Below, one piece after another: positions 8,182 through 18,552 of a stretch of DNA of 64,000 nt. The position numbers were made by a program, and so were the translations under genes. Position 1 is the first letter of the stretch, and each line of letters starts with the position of its first letter. The notes under the pieces were generated by a model, which was given only the letters and a program-made list of their open reading frames with translations, was not told where the DNA came from and did no database searches. Source of the stretch: an uncultured Pelagibacteraceae bacterium (GTDB taxonomy: Bacteria > Pseudomonadota > Alphaproteobacteria > Pelagibacterales > Pelagibacteraceae); NCBI GenBank assembly GCA_902518395.1, contig CABYFX010000001.1:4709-68708 (forward strand), read 5' to 3'.

Positions 8182-9507
8182 ATGCCCAAAAATTTATCTA
8201 ATATTGCTAAATCAAAAAAAATTAAATATTTTTTAATAAGTTTCGTTGATTTGTTTGGTGTATTAAGATCAAAATTAGTACCTGCACAAGCAATAAAAGA
8301 AATGCAAAAAAATGGTGCGGGATTTGCTGGATTTGCAGCTTGGCTTGATATGTCACCAGCAGACTCTGATATGTTTGCTGTGCCAGATCCAAATAGTTTA
8401 ATTCAATTACCTTGGAATAAAGAAGTAGGTTGGCTTGCTTCAGACCTATGGATGAATGGCAAACCTGTTGAGGCATCACCAAGAGTAATGTTAAAAAAGC
8501 AAATAAAATTACTATCAAATGAAGGTTACACCATGAAATCGGGTGTTGAGTGTGAATATTTTCTTATATCACCTGATGGTAGTTCTATTGCAGACCCTAG
8601 AGATACTCAATCTAAACCCTGTTACGACCAATCAGCTTTAATGAGGCAATATATTTTAATAAAAGAGATATGTGATTGCATGATTACAATGGGATGGAAC
8701 CCATATCAAAATGATCATGAAGATGCTAATGGCCAGTTTGAAATGAATTGGGACTATACTGACTGCCTAACTACTGCTGACAGACATACATTTTTTAAAT
8801 TTATGGTTAAGTCTATAGCTGAAAAGCACGGGTTAAGAGCAACATTTATGCCAAAACCATTTGAACAACTTACAGGTAACGGATGTCATGCACATATTTC
8901 TCTTTGGGATAAGAAAAAAAATAAGTTTTTAGATAAAAACGATAAACTAGGACTAAGTAAATTAGCATATAATTTTTTAGGTGGAGTAATTAAAAATGCA
9001 GGTTCATTATCAGCATTCTTTAATCCAACTTTAAATAGTTATAGAAGAATAAATGCTCCACCAACTAAATCTGGTGCAACATGGTCTCCAAGTAGTATTT
9101 CATACACAGGAAATAATCGAACACATATGATTAGAGTTCCAGATCCAGGAAGATTTGAACTTAGGTTAATGGATGGATCAGCAAATCCATATTTACTACA
9201 AGCAGGAGTTTTAGCGGCAGGTATAAATGGGATAAGAAAAAGAGTTAATCCTGGAAAACCATTATTCTGTAATATGTATACCGATCACGAAAAATATCCT
9301 AACCTACCAAAATTACCAAATACATTAGAAGATTCTTTAGAAATGTTTAATTTAAATACAGTAATGAAAAATGCTTTTGGAAAAAATGTTTTAAACAGTT
9401 ATGTCAAATTAAAAAAATCTGAAATTGAAAGTTTCAAGTCAAAAGAAAAATTTGATAAATTGAAACCTATTACAAAGTGGGAAAGATCTAATACTTTGGA
9501 TTGTTAA
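8182..9507 (+). CDS. gmaS: Gamma-glutamylmethylamide synthetase (GlnT, glutamine synthetase-like)
   Basis: GAGFAGFA, GVECEYFL, QNDHEDANGQFE, FMPKPF..GNGCHAH, NNRTHMIR and RFELR motifs; adjacent to glxBCD. Confidence 0.88.
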   Translation: MPKNLSNIAKSKKIKYFLISFVDLFGVLRSKLVPAQAIKEMQKNGAGFAGFAAWLDMSPADSDMFAVPDPNSLIQLPWNKEVGWLASDLWMNGKPVEASPRVMLKKQIKLLSNEGYTMKSGVECEYFLISPDGSSIADPRDTQSKPCYDQSALMRQYILIKEICDCMITMGWNPYQNDHEDANGQFEMNWDYTDCLTTADRHTFFKFMVKSIAEKHGLRATFMPKPFEQLTGNGCHAHISLWDKKKNKFLDKNDKLGLSKLAYNFLGGVIKNAGSLSAFFNPTLNSYRRINAPPTKSGATWSPSSISYTGNNRTHMIRVPDPGRFELRLMDGSANPYLLQAGVLAAGINGIRKRVNPGKPLFCNMYTDHEKYPNLPKLPNTLEDSLEMFNLNTVMKNAFGKNVLNSYVKLKKSEIESFKSKEKFDKLKPITKWERSNTLDC

Positions 9508-9510
9508 AAT

Positions 9511-10656
9511 ATGTCTATTAATTATAGTCATATTAATAAATTTTCTTCATTTATAAAAAATAAAAATTATTCATTCAGTAGAGAAGAAACATTAAGTGTA
9601 TTAAACAAAGAAACTATTGATAAGGCGTTTAATACCATATCTAGTTGGGAAAATTATGAAACCACTCCCCTACTCAAATTAAATAAACTTTCAAAAGACC
9701 TTAATCTAAAAAATATCTTTTACAAAGATGAGTCTAAAAGGTTTGGACTAAAATCTTTTAAAGCTCTTGGAGGAGCTTATGCAGTAGCGGAAGTTTCAGC
9801 TGGAAGAAACGATGTAGTTGTTGCAACAGCAACAGCAGGAAATCATGGAAAATCAGTTGCCTGGGGTGCAAAAAGGCTAGGAATTGTATGTAAAATTTTC
9901 ATAAGTGAATTTGTAAGCGAAACAAGAGCTGACGAGATGCGAAAACTTGGAGCAGAGGTGATAAGAGTAAAGGGAAATTACGAAAATTCTTTAGATGAAT
10001 GCATAAAGCAATCTAAGGAAAATGGTTGGGAAATTGTACAAGATGTTGCCTGGGAGGATTATCAAAAAGTTCCAAAACTAACCATGGCTGGATATTCAGT
10101 GATGATAGAAGAAATCTCAAAACAAACTGATCATTATATAACACATATATTTCTTCAGGCAGGTGTAGGAGGTATGGCCTCTGGTGTAATAGCAGGAGTT
10201 GCCAGATATTTTAAAAGAATTCCAAAAATTATTGTTGTTGAGCCAAAAAATGCAGACTGTGTATTAAAGAGTATTGATGCAGGTAAACTTACTAGAGTTG
10301 AAATAGAAAAAGAAAGCATTATGGGAGGAATGTCATGTGGGGATGTATCATTAGTCCCATGGCAAATTCTAAAAAACTCAGTAAATAATTGTCTAAGTAT
10401 TCCTGATGACGACATACCATTATCAGTAGCGATGTTAGCTAAGGGATACTTTGGTGAGGATAACATTGTTGCAGGAGAGTGTTCAGCACCTGCTCTAATA
10501 AGTATAAATGTTAGTTGTAATAACGAACAAATTAAAAAGGATCTTGAATTAGATATGAATTCGAATGTTTTATTAATTGGATGCGAAGGTGATACAGACA
10601 TAAAACTTTATAACGAACTTCTGTCAAAAGGATCAGAACAGTTGTCAAATGGATAG
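9511..10656 (+). CDS. dpaL: Diaminopropionate ammonia-lyase family PLP enzyme
   Basis: KDESKRFGLKSFKALGGAYA (PLP Lys), GNHG, VQDVAWEDY and QAGVGG motifs. Confidence 0.8.
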   Translation: MSINYSHINKFSSFIKNKNYSFSREETLSVLNKETIDKAFNTISSWENYETTPLLKLNKLSKDLNLKNIFYKDESKRFGLKSFKALGGAYAVAEVSAGRNDVVVATATAGNHGKSVAWGAKRLGIVCKIFISEFVSETRADEMRKLGAEVIRVKGNYENSLDECIKQSKENGWEIVQDVAWEDYQKVPKLTMAGYSVMIEEISKQTDHYITHIFLQAGVGGMASGVIAGVARYFKRIPKIIVVEPKNADCVLKSIDAGKLTRVEIEKESIMGGMSCGDVSLVPWQILKNSVNNCLSIPDDDIPLSVAMLAKGYFGEDNIVAGECSAPALISINVSCNNEQIKKDLELDMNSNVLLIGCEGDTDIKLYNELLSKGSEQLSNG

Positions 10657-12073
10657 TACAGCACTCGTTTGGATAAGAGATGATTTTCGAATACAAAATA
10701 ATGATGCGCTGATTTATGCTTCAAACAAGCATGATATAGTTACGGCAGTATTTATTTTTAATAGTAGTATTTTTGATAATAAAAGAGAAGCTCAAAAGTG
10801 GTGGGTAAGCAAATCCTTAGAAAATTTTAAATCAGATTTAAAAAAATTAAATATTGGATTGGAAATAATAGAGGACGACGAAATAAATTTTTTTTCTAAA
10901 ATAAAATCTAATAGTAAAATATCTATTTATTGGAATAAAGTTTATGAGCCTACTGAATTAGAAAAAGATAAAAAAATTGGGACTAATTTTTCAAAAAGAA
11001 ATATTGATTTTAAATTTTTTAAAGGCAACGTTCTTAATGAATATAATAAAATTACAAAAAATGATGGCACACCTTTTAAAGTCTACAGTCCTTTTTGGAG
11101 AAATGCAGAGCAATTTTATTTAGAAAGACTGCCTGATAAAATAAACAAAGTTAAAAAGTGTAAAAAGATAAACACATTGTTCAAAAATCAAATAAAATCT
11201 GAGGATATTTTACCTCAATCTGATTGGTATAAAAAATTTGAAAAATATTGGGAGCCATCAGAGCAAAAAGCCCATGAAAATTTAGATAATTTTGTTAACA
11301 AAAGCATACTTAATTATGGTGTTGATCGTGACTTTCCATCAATTAAAGGAACATCATTACTTTCTCCATATATTAGAAATGGACAAATTAATGTTGGAGA
11401 TATTTGGCAAAAATGCAAAAAACTAAAATCAAATAATGTAAGTGTTAAAAAATATACCAATGAAATTGGTTGGAGAGAGTTTTCACACAGTCTTATAAAT
11501 TACTTTCCACAAATGCTTAAAGGAAATTTAAGAAAAGAATTTGATAAATTTCCATGGGTGAATAATTCAAAATTTTTAAATGCATGGAAAAAAGGAATGA
11601 CAGGTTATCCAATTGTTGATGCTGGAATGAGAGAATTGTACGAAACAGGCTGGATGCATAATAGAATTAGAATGGTTGTTGGATCTTTTCTAGTGAAGCA
11701 TTTAAGAATTAATTGGAAAGAGGGAGAAAAATATTTCAGAAATTGTCTACTTGATTTCAATGAAGCAAACAATGTTGCACAATGGCAATGGGTAGCTGGA
11801 TGTGGCGCAGATGCAGCACCATATTTTAGAATTTTCAACCCTATTTTACAGGGTGAAAAATTTGATAAACAGGGAGAGTATGTAAAAAAATGGGTTCCTG
11901 AATTATCAAAAGTTCCTCCAAAATTTATTCACAAACCATGGGAAATGGAAAAAAAATATCAAGAAGCAATTAATACTATCATAGGCTCGGACTATCCAAT
12001 GCCGATTGTTATTCATGAGAAAGCTAGGGCTGATGCTTTGAGTGCTTTTCAATCAATTAAGAAAAAAAATTAG
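10649..12073 (+). CDS. phrB: Deoxyribodipyrimidine photolyase (class I CPD)
   Basis: W-R-D-R N-terminus, TSLLSPYI, WREF, TGYPIVDAGMRELYETGWMHNRIRM, WQWVAGCGADAAPYFRIFNP. Confidence 0.95.
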   Translation: MDSTALVWIRDDFRIQNNDALIYASNKHDIVTAVFIFNSSIFDNKREAQKWWVSKSLENFKSDLKKLNIGLEIIEDDEINFFSKIKSNSKISIYWNKVYEPTELEKDKKIGTNFSKRNIDFKFFKGNVLNEYNKITKNDGTPFKVYSPFWRNAEQFYLERLPDKINKVKKCKKINTLFKNQIKSEDILPQSDWYKKFEKYWEPSEQKAHENLDNFVNKSILNYGVDRDFPSIKGTSLLSPYIRNGQINVGDIWQKCKKLKSNNVSVKKYTNEIGWREFSHSLINYFPQMLKGNLRKEFDKFPWVNNSKFLNAWKKGMTGYPIVDAGMRELYETGWMHNRIRMVVGSFLVKHLRINWKEGEKYFRNCLLDFNEANNVAQWQWVAGCGADAAPYFRIFNPILQGEKFDKQGEYVKKWVPELSKVPPKFIHKPWEMEKKYQEAINTIIGSDYPMPIVIHEKARADALSAFQSIKKKN

Positions 12074-12489
12074 TCTCCAATAAAATGATGAATTACAGTT
12101 CTTGTTGTTGCATCTAACCTGTGTTCAAACAAATATAAACCTTGCCAAGTTCCTAGTAGTAATTCACTATCTTTTATACTTAAGGAGATTTGATTATTGG
12201 TCAATGCAGATTTGATATGGGCTGGCATATCATCTTTTCCCTCAGTTGTATGGACATACAACTTGTTGTTCATAGGCACCAATTTATCAAAATAATTAAT
12301 TAAATCTTTTTGTACATCTGGGTCAGCATTTTCTTGGACAATTAGTGAAGCACTAGTGTGTAGGATGCTGAGATTAATAATTCCATTTTTAAAGTTTTTA
12401 TTATTAATCCAATCTATTGTTTCATCAGTAAACTCATAAAGTTTTTGACCATTTGTTTTAATTTTTAAATTATAAAATTCTTGTTTCAT
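12070..12489 (-). CDS. yjbQ: YjbQ/UPF0047 family protein
   Basis: HTSASL..ENADPDV, H..EG.DDMPAHIKS and LGTWQG.YL.EH motifs. Confidence 0.92.
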   Translation of the reverse strand: MKQEFYNLKIKTNGQKLYEFTDETIDWINNKNFKNGIINLSILHTSASLIVQENADPDVQKDLINYFDKLVPMNNKLYVHTTEGKDDMPAHIKSALTNNQISLSIKDSELLLGTWQGLYLFEHRLDATTRTVIHHFIGD

Positions 12490-12492
12490 AAA

Positions 12493-13545
12493 TTAATTGA
12501 AATTTTGTGATGTTAATTCATATAAACGACTTACTGTTCTTTTGAAGGGTTCTTTCATGCTATCAGCAGTTTGGAGTAAATTTAATTCAGCTTCTGATTT
12601 GATCATCAATGGTATTTTTTTTTCATAAATAATATCGATAAAAGTAATAAATCTTTGTTGCTGATTAGAATTACTCTCATTAAAATTAGGTAGATTTTCA
12701 ATAAAGATAAAATCACTTTCGTTAGCAATTTCAATATAATCCTCAGATCCAAGATTTCTATTGCATATTTCATCAAAAGATACCTTCAGAACTCCTTCAT
12801 GAAAGTTTTCAAATACTAATTTACGACCCTTCACATCTAAAGTCTTAGTGGTTTGTTTTTTATTCTTTGAAGCTTTTCTAAAAGATTTATTAAACTTAAA
12901 GTTAGATGATTTATCTATTGGTGATAAGAACCGACTCAAATTTTCATTTTTTGTAGCTCTATAATCTTCCTCAATATTAAGTTCTAATTCAGAGCAATTG
13001 TTTTTTAAAATATTTAAAAAAGGAATGAATTGGTCTCTTTGTAATCCGTTTTTATATAAATCTTTAATATTCGTATTTGAAGAAAAAATAACTTTTATTT
13101 TTTCATTAAATATTCTTTCAAATAATTTACCTAAGATCATAGCATCAACAATATTTGTTACTTGAAATTCATCAAAATATAATATTTTTGTTTTGTCACT
13201 TAAATTTTTAACAAATTTTTCTAATCCATTGTCATTTCCTTTTTTTTTATTTTCAAAAATAAAGTCGTGAAATTTAACCATAAACTCATTAAAGTGTAAT
13301 CTTGATTTTTTTTCTTTTAAATTTTCAAAAAAAAAATTTAAAATCATAGTTTTGCCTACACCTACATCGCCAACTAAATAAAAGCCTAATTTATTTTTTT
13401 TTTCATTAAATATTTTTTTAAAAAAAGACTGTTTAAAATTAAGATTGTAATATTCGTTTAATTTTTGGACTATTTTTATTTGATTTTCGTTTATTTCTAA
13501 GTCTTTATCTTTGCAGTACTTTAGATATGATTTTTTCAAACTCAT
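12493..13545 (-). CDS. zapE: AFG1/ZapE family ATPase
   Basis: GDVGVGKT, HFNEFM, FDEFQVTNIVDAMIL, LYKNGLQR and RTVSRLYE motifs. Confidence 0.92.
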   Translation of the reverse strand: MSLKKSYLKYCKDKDLEINENQIKIVQKLNEYYNLNFKQSFFKKIFNEKKNKLGFYLVGDVGVGKTMILNFFFENLKEKKSRLHFNEFMVKFHDFIFENKKKGNDNGLEKFVKNLSDKTKILYFDEFQVTNIVDAMILGKLFERIFNEKIKVIFSSNTNIKDLYKNGLQRDQFIPFLNILKNNCSELELNIEEDYRATKNENLSRFLSPIDKSSNFKFNKSFRKASKNKKQTTKTLDVKGRKLVFENFHEGVLKVSFDEICNRNLGSEDYIEIANESDFIFIENLPNFNESNSNQQQRFITFIDIIYEKKIPLMIKSEAELNLLQTADSMKEPFKRTVSRLYELTSQNFN

Positions 13546-13970
13546 TTCTTTGTTTTAAAATCTATCCCATATTCGGATCTTGGTCCTTTTCTCAATCCAT
13601 ATGGGCCTGCTAAAAAAATAGTCATTGGTCTAGTTCCTGGCTCTAAGTCTACTCTGTGAAAATTATTAGCAGATCTAAACCCTATATATCCTGGTGCCCG
13701 CCACACTTTTCCTGTTTTTAGTGTTTCCCAATATCCTCCTCTTAAAATGATCGTGATGTAAGGAAACAAATGATTATGAACACCATCACCATGATCATCG
13801 TCTAACATTTCGTGGATTAGTATGTTAAATGGAAACCACTTTGGTCTATGACGGAATAATAGATAATATCTATTCATCCATGGTTTTGCTTTTTCAAACT
13901 CTGGGTGTGATGGTCCTCTATCAAATACTACTTTTTTTCTACCAAGTTTTTCTAAAATCTTCAAAAACAT
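13542..13970 (-). CDS. Hypothetical cupin-like metal-binding protein
   Basis: HNH..IILRGGYWE..FHRV pattern of cupin metal ligands; overlaps both neighbours. Confidence 0.7.
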   Translation of the reverse strand: MFLKILEKLGRKKVVFDRGPSHPEFEKAKPWMNRYYLLFRHRPKWFPFNILIHEMLDDDHGDGVHNHLFPYITIILRGGYWETLKTGKVWRAPGYIGFRSANNFHRVDLEPGTRPMTIFLAGPYGLRKGPRSEYGIDFKTKK

Positions 13971-15241
13971 TATTTTGTTCTGGCTATAGCATTGTCTTTT
14001 ATCAAATACATACTGTTGTTAAATACAAAGGGTCGAGAAATTTTTGACCCATGTATTTTTGTAATCTTTTCTTGTACACCTGTTGCTGAATTAACTGTTA
14101 ATAATCGTCCATTATTTAATGAGACAAATATTTTATATTTTCCATGGATAAACCCTGTTGGTTTTAAATCTTTCCTATTTTTAAAGTTGGTTAAGATATC
14201 TGTAATTCTTAAAATGTTACCAGTTCGATCGTCTATTACAAAAAGGTAACCTTCATTAGAAACGGTGAAAATTAAACTTTCAATTATAGTTGGCCTTAAA
14301 CTTGAATTAATTGATTGTGTCCATTTAATTATTCCTGTTCTTGCATCTATTGCAAAAAATTCATTTTTATTATTTGAAAAATAAATTGTATTATTTTCAA
14401 AAACTAAGTCTGAATTTTCCAGACTAAATGCATCTTGATATATTAAACTACTTTGTGTTGGTGTCTGCCAAACTAAACTTCCATTATTTACATCTAACGC
14501 AGTAACATCTCCTAGATTATTAATAAAAAAAACAATTTCATCTTTTAAAATTATTGAGAGTTTTTTTTGCGATTTAATAAACGAATTATCTGTTTTAAAA
14601 CTCCATAATTCCTTTCCATCTGTAGTAGATATAGCTCTAATAACATTATCAAAGTCTATTGTTAAAAATTTATCTTTGTAAACTTTGATATCAGAATTAA
14701 ATGATGATGAACTGTATTTTGACCAAACAACTTTACCATCATTTAAATCAATTGAATACATTTTTGACAAATTATCATTTACAATTAAATTATTTCCAGC
14801 TTGAGCAAAGTATAATATAGGATCAAGTCTCCTCTCTTTTTTGTTATAATTATTAATTTCCCATACTTTCTTAAGATCTTCACTTAACTTGAAAACTGTA
14901 CCTTTTCCGTTGAAAAAAATAATTTTTCCATTTTCTGTAAAAAATAATTCGGGCTGATTTGAATCAAATTTTTCAATTTTATTTATTTTATATGTTAAAA
15001 ATTTATCGAAATTTGAGTCAAAATTAATATTTCCATTACTATTACTATTATTTTTTTGAAAAGGTTTTGTTTTAAAAGTATTTAACTTCTTGATCTTGAG
15101 TTGTTGATTAAACTCTTTTTTAATTGGTTCATTTTTTTTAAAAATGTCTATTAATTTATCATTATCTACTGTTTCTTTCTTTGAAAAACTGCAATTTGAT
15201 AAAAATATTAAAATAATTATATATTTTATAGCTTTATTCAC
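13970..15241 (-). CDS. bamB: BamB-like PQQ-repeat beta-propeller lipoprotein
   Basis: Lipobox FLSNC; repeated A-D---G---W motifs (SIDLNDGKVVW, ALDVNNGSLVW, AIDARTGIIKW); follows a yfgM-like gene. Confidence 0.75.
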   Translation of the reverse strand: MNKAIKYIIILIFLSNCSFSKKETVDNDKLIDIFKKNEPIKKEFNQQLKIKKLNTFKTKPFQKNNSNSNGNINFDSNFDKFLTYKINKIEKFDSNQPELFFTENGKIIFFNGKGTVFKLSEDLKKVWEINNYNKKERRLDPILYFAQAGNNLIVNDNLSKMYSIDLNDGKVVWSKYSSSSFNSDIKVYKDKFLTIDFDNVIRAISTTDGKELWSFKTDNSFIKSQKKLSIILKDEIVFFINNLGDVTALDVNNGSLVWQTPTQSSLIYQDAFSLENSDLVFENNTIYFSNNKNEFFAIDARTGIIKWTQSINSSLRPTIIESLIFTVSNEGYLFVIDDRTGNILRITDILTNFKNRKDLKPTGFIHGKYKIFVSLNNGRLLTVNSATGVQEKITKIHGSKISRPFVFNNSMYLIKDNAIARTK

Positions 15242-15878
15242 TGAAATTTGATCGTAACCTTCTTTGAACTTCTAATTTTACTTTTGGACTAACATTTTCC
15301 ATTTCTACAATCTGATTGAAGAATTCTTTAGATTTCTGCATTTGGTTTTTTGATAAATAGAACTCAGCCATAAGATATAATGCTTGGGGTTTCCATATAC
15401 TCTCTGATTTTATTACTGGATTAAGAATATTTAATAATTCGTTTTCTTGGACAAGGTCTGAATTAAATAGACCCTTCTTGTAGATAGTTAAATTTTTAAT
15501 TTCTTTATCAAGTGATACTTCATTTATAAGAAGATCGAAATATGAATTTATTTCGTCACTTGAAATAATTAAATCATTATCAAGTAAGAAAAAGAAAGCT
15601 AATGGGGAATATGTTTTATCTTTAGTGTTTATGATTTCTATCAAATTATTATTTATATTTTCTTTTTTACCTGTTTCGAAATTTGTAACAATTGAATTAA
15701 ATTTATTCGCTAGTTTTTCTTTACTACTAGACTTGAACTCTTGATAACCAAAAAAAGTGATCAATATTAAAATAATTAGTATTAATAAAGTTATTAATTG
15801 TTTTCTTTTTGATATTAGAAAATTTTTAAATTTTTCAACTCTTGTATTTGTATTAATAATTTCTATTTCTTCATCCAT
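15234..15878 (-). CDS. yfgM: YfgM-like TPR membrane protein (ancillary SecYEG subunit)
   Basis: N-terminal TM anchor followed by helical TPR-like region; conserved position upstream of bamB. Confidence 0.65.
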   Translation of the reverse strand: MDEEIEIINTNTRVEKFKNFLISKRKQLITLLILIILILITFFGYQEFKSSSKEKLANKFNSIVTNFETGKKENINNNLIEIINTKDKTYSPLAFFFLLDNDLIISSDEINSYFDLLINEVSLDKEIKNLTIYKKGLFNSDLVQENELLNILNPVIKSESIWKPQALYLMAEFYLSKNQMQKSKEFFNQIVEMENVSPKVKLEVQRRLRSNFSE

Positions 15879-18546
15879 TAATCATATTCCTTAGAACATA
15901 TTGTAGAATACCACCGTTCTTATAGTATTCTAATTCATTTTTAGTGTCTATTCTGCACAACATTTTAGTTTTTTTAATATCACCCGTTGCATATTTGATC
16001 TCAACCTCCAAATATTCACCTGGGTTAATTCCTTTCTCAAGTCCTAATACTGAAATTAATTCTGACCCTTTTAAGTTTAGATTTTGTCTATTCATGTTTT
16101 CCATAAACTGCAAAGGTAAAACTCCCATACCAATAAGATTTGATCTATGTATTCTCTCAAAACTTTCTGCGATTACAGCTTTTACACCTAATAATTTTGT
16201 TCCTTTTGCCGCCCAATCTCTTGAAGAACCAGTTCCATATTCTTTTCCACCAAACACTACTAAATCAGTTCCTCTCTTTTTGTATTCAACAACAGCATCA
16301 TAAATTGGCATTACTTTTTCTTCAGGATATAGTTTAGTGAAACCTCCCTCTGTACCTGGGGCCATTTCGTTTTTAATTCTAATATTGGCAAACGTTCCTC
16401 TCATCATTACTTCATGATTTCCTCTTCTTGCACCATAGGAATTATAATCTTTTGGCAAAATTTGATGCTTCATAAAATAATTTCCTGTTGGGCTTTCTTT
16501 TTGAATACTTCCAGCTGGAGATATATGGTCCGTTGTTACCATATCTCCTAAAATTAGTAATGGTCTAGCATCTTTTATTTCCTTAAAACCTTCTGGTTCA
16601 TCTGGTAAATTTTCAAAGAATGGTGGTTTTTTTACATAGGTAGAATTTTCTTCCCAATTATAAATACTTCCTTTTTCCACTTTAATTTTTTGCCATTGCT
16701 CTGGTCCTTCAGAGACATTTGAATATCTGTTCACAAACATTTCTGGGTTTAAAGATTCTTTAAGAGTGTCCTCAATCTCTTTATTAGAAGGCCAAATGTC
16801 TTTTAAGTAAACATCTTCTCCTTTACTATTTTTGCTTAATGGATCTTTATACAAATCCATTCTCATAGATCCTGCAATTGCGTAAGCTACTACAAGAGGA
16901 GGTGAAGCTAAATAGTTAGCCTTTACTAAAGGAGAAATCCTTCCTTCAAAATTTCTATTTCCAGACAAAACTGAGACTGCGTATAAATTATTTTCTTTAA
17001 CAGCATCAGTAATATTATCTGGTAAAGGTCCAGAGTTACCAATACATGTGGTGCAACCATAACCAACTAAATTAAAACCTAATTCGTCTAGGTATTTACT
17101 TAAACCAGCTTTATCTAAATAGTCAGTAACAACTTGTGATCCAGGTGCTAATGAAGTTTTAACCCAAGGTTTAACATTTAAGCCTTTTTCAATTGCATTT
17201 TTGGCTAACAGTCCTGCACCAATTAATACATTTGGATTAGAGGTATTCGTACATGATGTAATAGCTGCTATTAATATATCTCCATCTTTTATCTCAAAAT
17301 CTGTGTCCTTTACTTTTGCTACTGATGGGTCTGTTTTTTTACATACATCTTCAAAAACTTTTATAAAATTTTTTGATGCCTCTGTTAAAAGGACTTTGTC
17401 TTGTGGTCTTTTTGGCCCAGAAATTGTTGGTACAACTGTAGACATATCTAAAGATAAAGTATCAGTGAAAACAATATCTTCGCTTGCCCACAAATTTTGT
17501 TCTTTTGCATATTTTTCTACGATTTGAATATTCTCTTTTGATCTTCCTGAAAATTCTAAGTATTTTAATGTTTCTTCATCAATTGGAAAAAATCCACATG
17601 TGGCACCATACTCAGGTGCCATATTGGCAATAGTTGCTCTATCAGCAAGTGTTAGATTTTTTAGACCTTCTCCATAAAATTCCACAAATTTTCCTACAAC
17701 ACCTTTGTCTCTTAACATTTTCACTACTGTTAAAACTAAATCGGTAGCAGTTGTACCCTCGGGTAATTTATTTTTCATTTCAAACCCAATCACTTCTGGT
17801 ATCAACATTGATATAGGTTGTCCCAGCATACCTGCTTCTGCTTCAATTCCTCCAACACCCCAACCTAGTACTGATAAACCATTAACCATTGTAGTATGAC
17901 TATCAGTGCCAACAAGCGTATCTGGAAATAAGTACTCTTTATCTTCAAATTTTTCATTCCAGACTACTTTTGATAAATATTCTAAATTTACTTGGTGACA
18001 AATTCCAGTGCCTGGTGGAACAATTCTAAAATTATTAAAGGCTTGCTGTCCCCATTTTAAAAAAGAATATCTCTCAAAGTTTCTGTCAAACTCAATATCA
18101 ACATTTTCTTTTAACGAATTTTTTGTTGCAAACTTATCCACTTGAACAGAATGGTCGATTACAAGATCGACTGAAGAGAGAGGGTTAATTGTATTTGGAT
18201 CTTTGTTCTTTTCCTTCACTGTATCCCTCATTGCAGCAAGATCAGCAACAGCTGGTATACCTGTATAATCTTGCAAAAGTACTCTAGCAGGTCTATATGC
18301 AATTTCTGTTTTGGATTTTTTTGAATTTAACCACTCTTTAATTGCCAGAATTTGCTCTTTATTAACTGTCACGTTGTCTTCATATCTAAGAAGATTTTCA
18401 AGTAAGACTTTTATTGATTTTGGTAATTTATTTATTCCTTCTAAGCCATTTTTCTCCGCCTCTTTAAGTGAAAAATAAGAATAATTTTTTCCATTTGCTG
18501 ATAATTCTTTAAGACAATCAAATGAATTTTGTTTTCCTGGTTTCAT
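15871..18546 (-). CDS. acnA: Aconitate hydratase A
   Basis: PARVLLQD, DHSVQVD, GTDSHT, AAITSCTNTSNP, GYGCTTCIGNSG and GSSRDWAAKG motifs. Confidence 0.98.
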   Translation of the reverse strand: MKPGKQNSFDCLKELSANGKNYSYFSLKEAEKNGLEGINKLPKSIKVLLENLLRYEDNVTVNKEQILAIKEWLNSKKSKTEIAYRPARVLLQDYTGIPAVADLAAMRDTVKEKNKDPNTINPLSSVDLVIDHSVQVDKFATKNSLKENVDIEFDRNFERYSFLKWGQQAFNNFRIVPPGTGICHQVNLEYLSKVVWNEKFEDKEYLFPDTLVGTDSHTTMVNGLSVLGWGVGGIEAEAGMLGQPISMLIPEVIGFEMKNKLPEGTTATDLVLTVVKMLRDKGVVGKFVEFYGEGLKNLTLADRATIANMAPEYGATCGFFPIDEETLKYLEFSGRSKENIQIVEKYAKEQNLWASEDIVFTDTLSLDMSTVVPTISGPKRPQDKVLLTEASKNFIKVFEDVCKKTDPSVAKVKDTDFEIKDGDILIAAITSCTNTSNPNVLIGAGLLAKNAIEKGLNVKPWVKTSLAPGSQVVTDYLDKAGLSKYLDELGFNLVGYGCTTCIGNSGPLPDNITDAVKENNLYAVSVLSGNRNFEGRISPLVKANYLASPPLVVAYAIAGSMRMDLYKDPLSKNSKGEDVYLKDIWPSNKEIEDTLKESLNPEMFVNRYSNVSEGPEQWQKIKVEKGSIYNWEENSTYVKKPPFFENLPDEPEGFKEIKDARPLLILGDMVTTDHISPAGSIQKESPTGNYFMKHQILPKDYNSYGARRGNHEVMMRGTFANIRIKNEMAPGTEGGFTKLYPEEKVMPIYDAVVEYKKRGTDLVVFGGKEYGTGSSRDWAAKGTKLLGVKAVIAESFERIHRSNLIGMGVLPLQFMENMNRQNLNLKGSELISVLGLEKGINPGEYLEVEIKYATGDIKKTKMLCRIDTKNELEYYKNGGILQYVLRNMING

Positions 18547-18552
18547 AATTTT

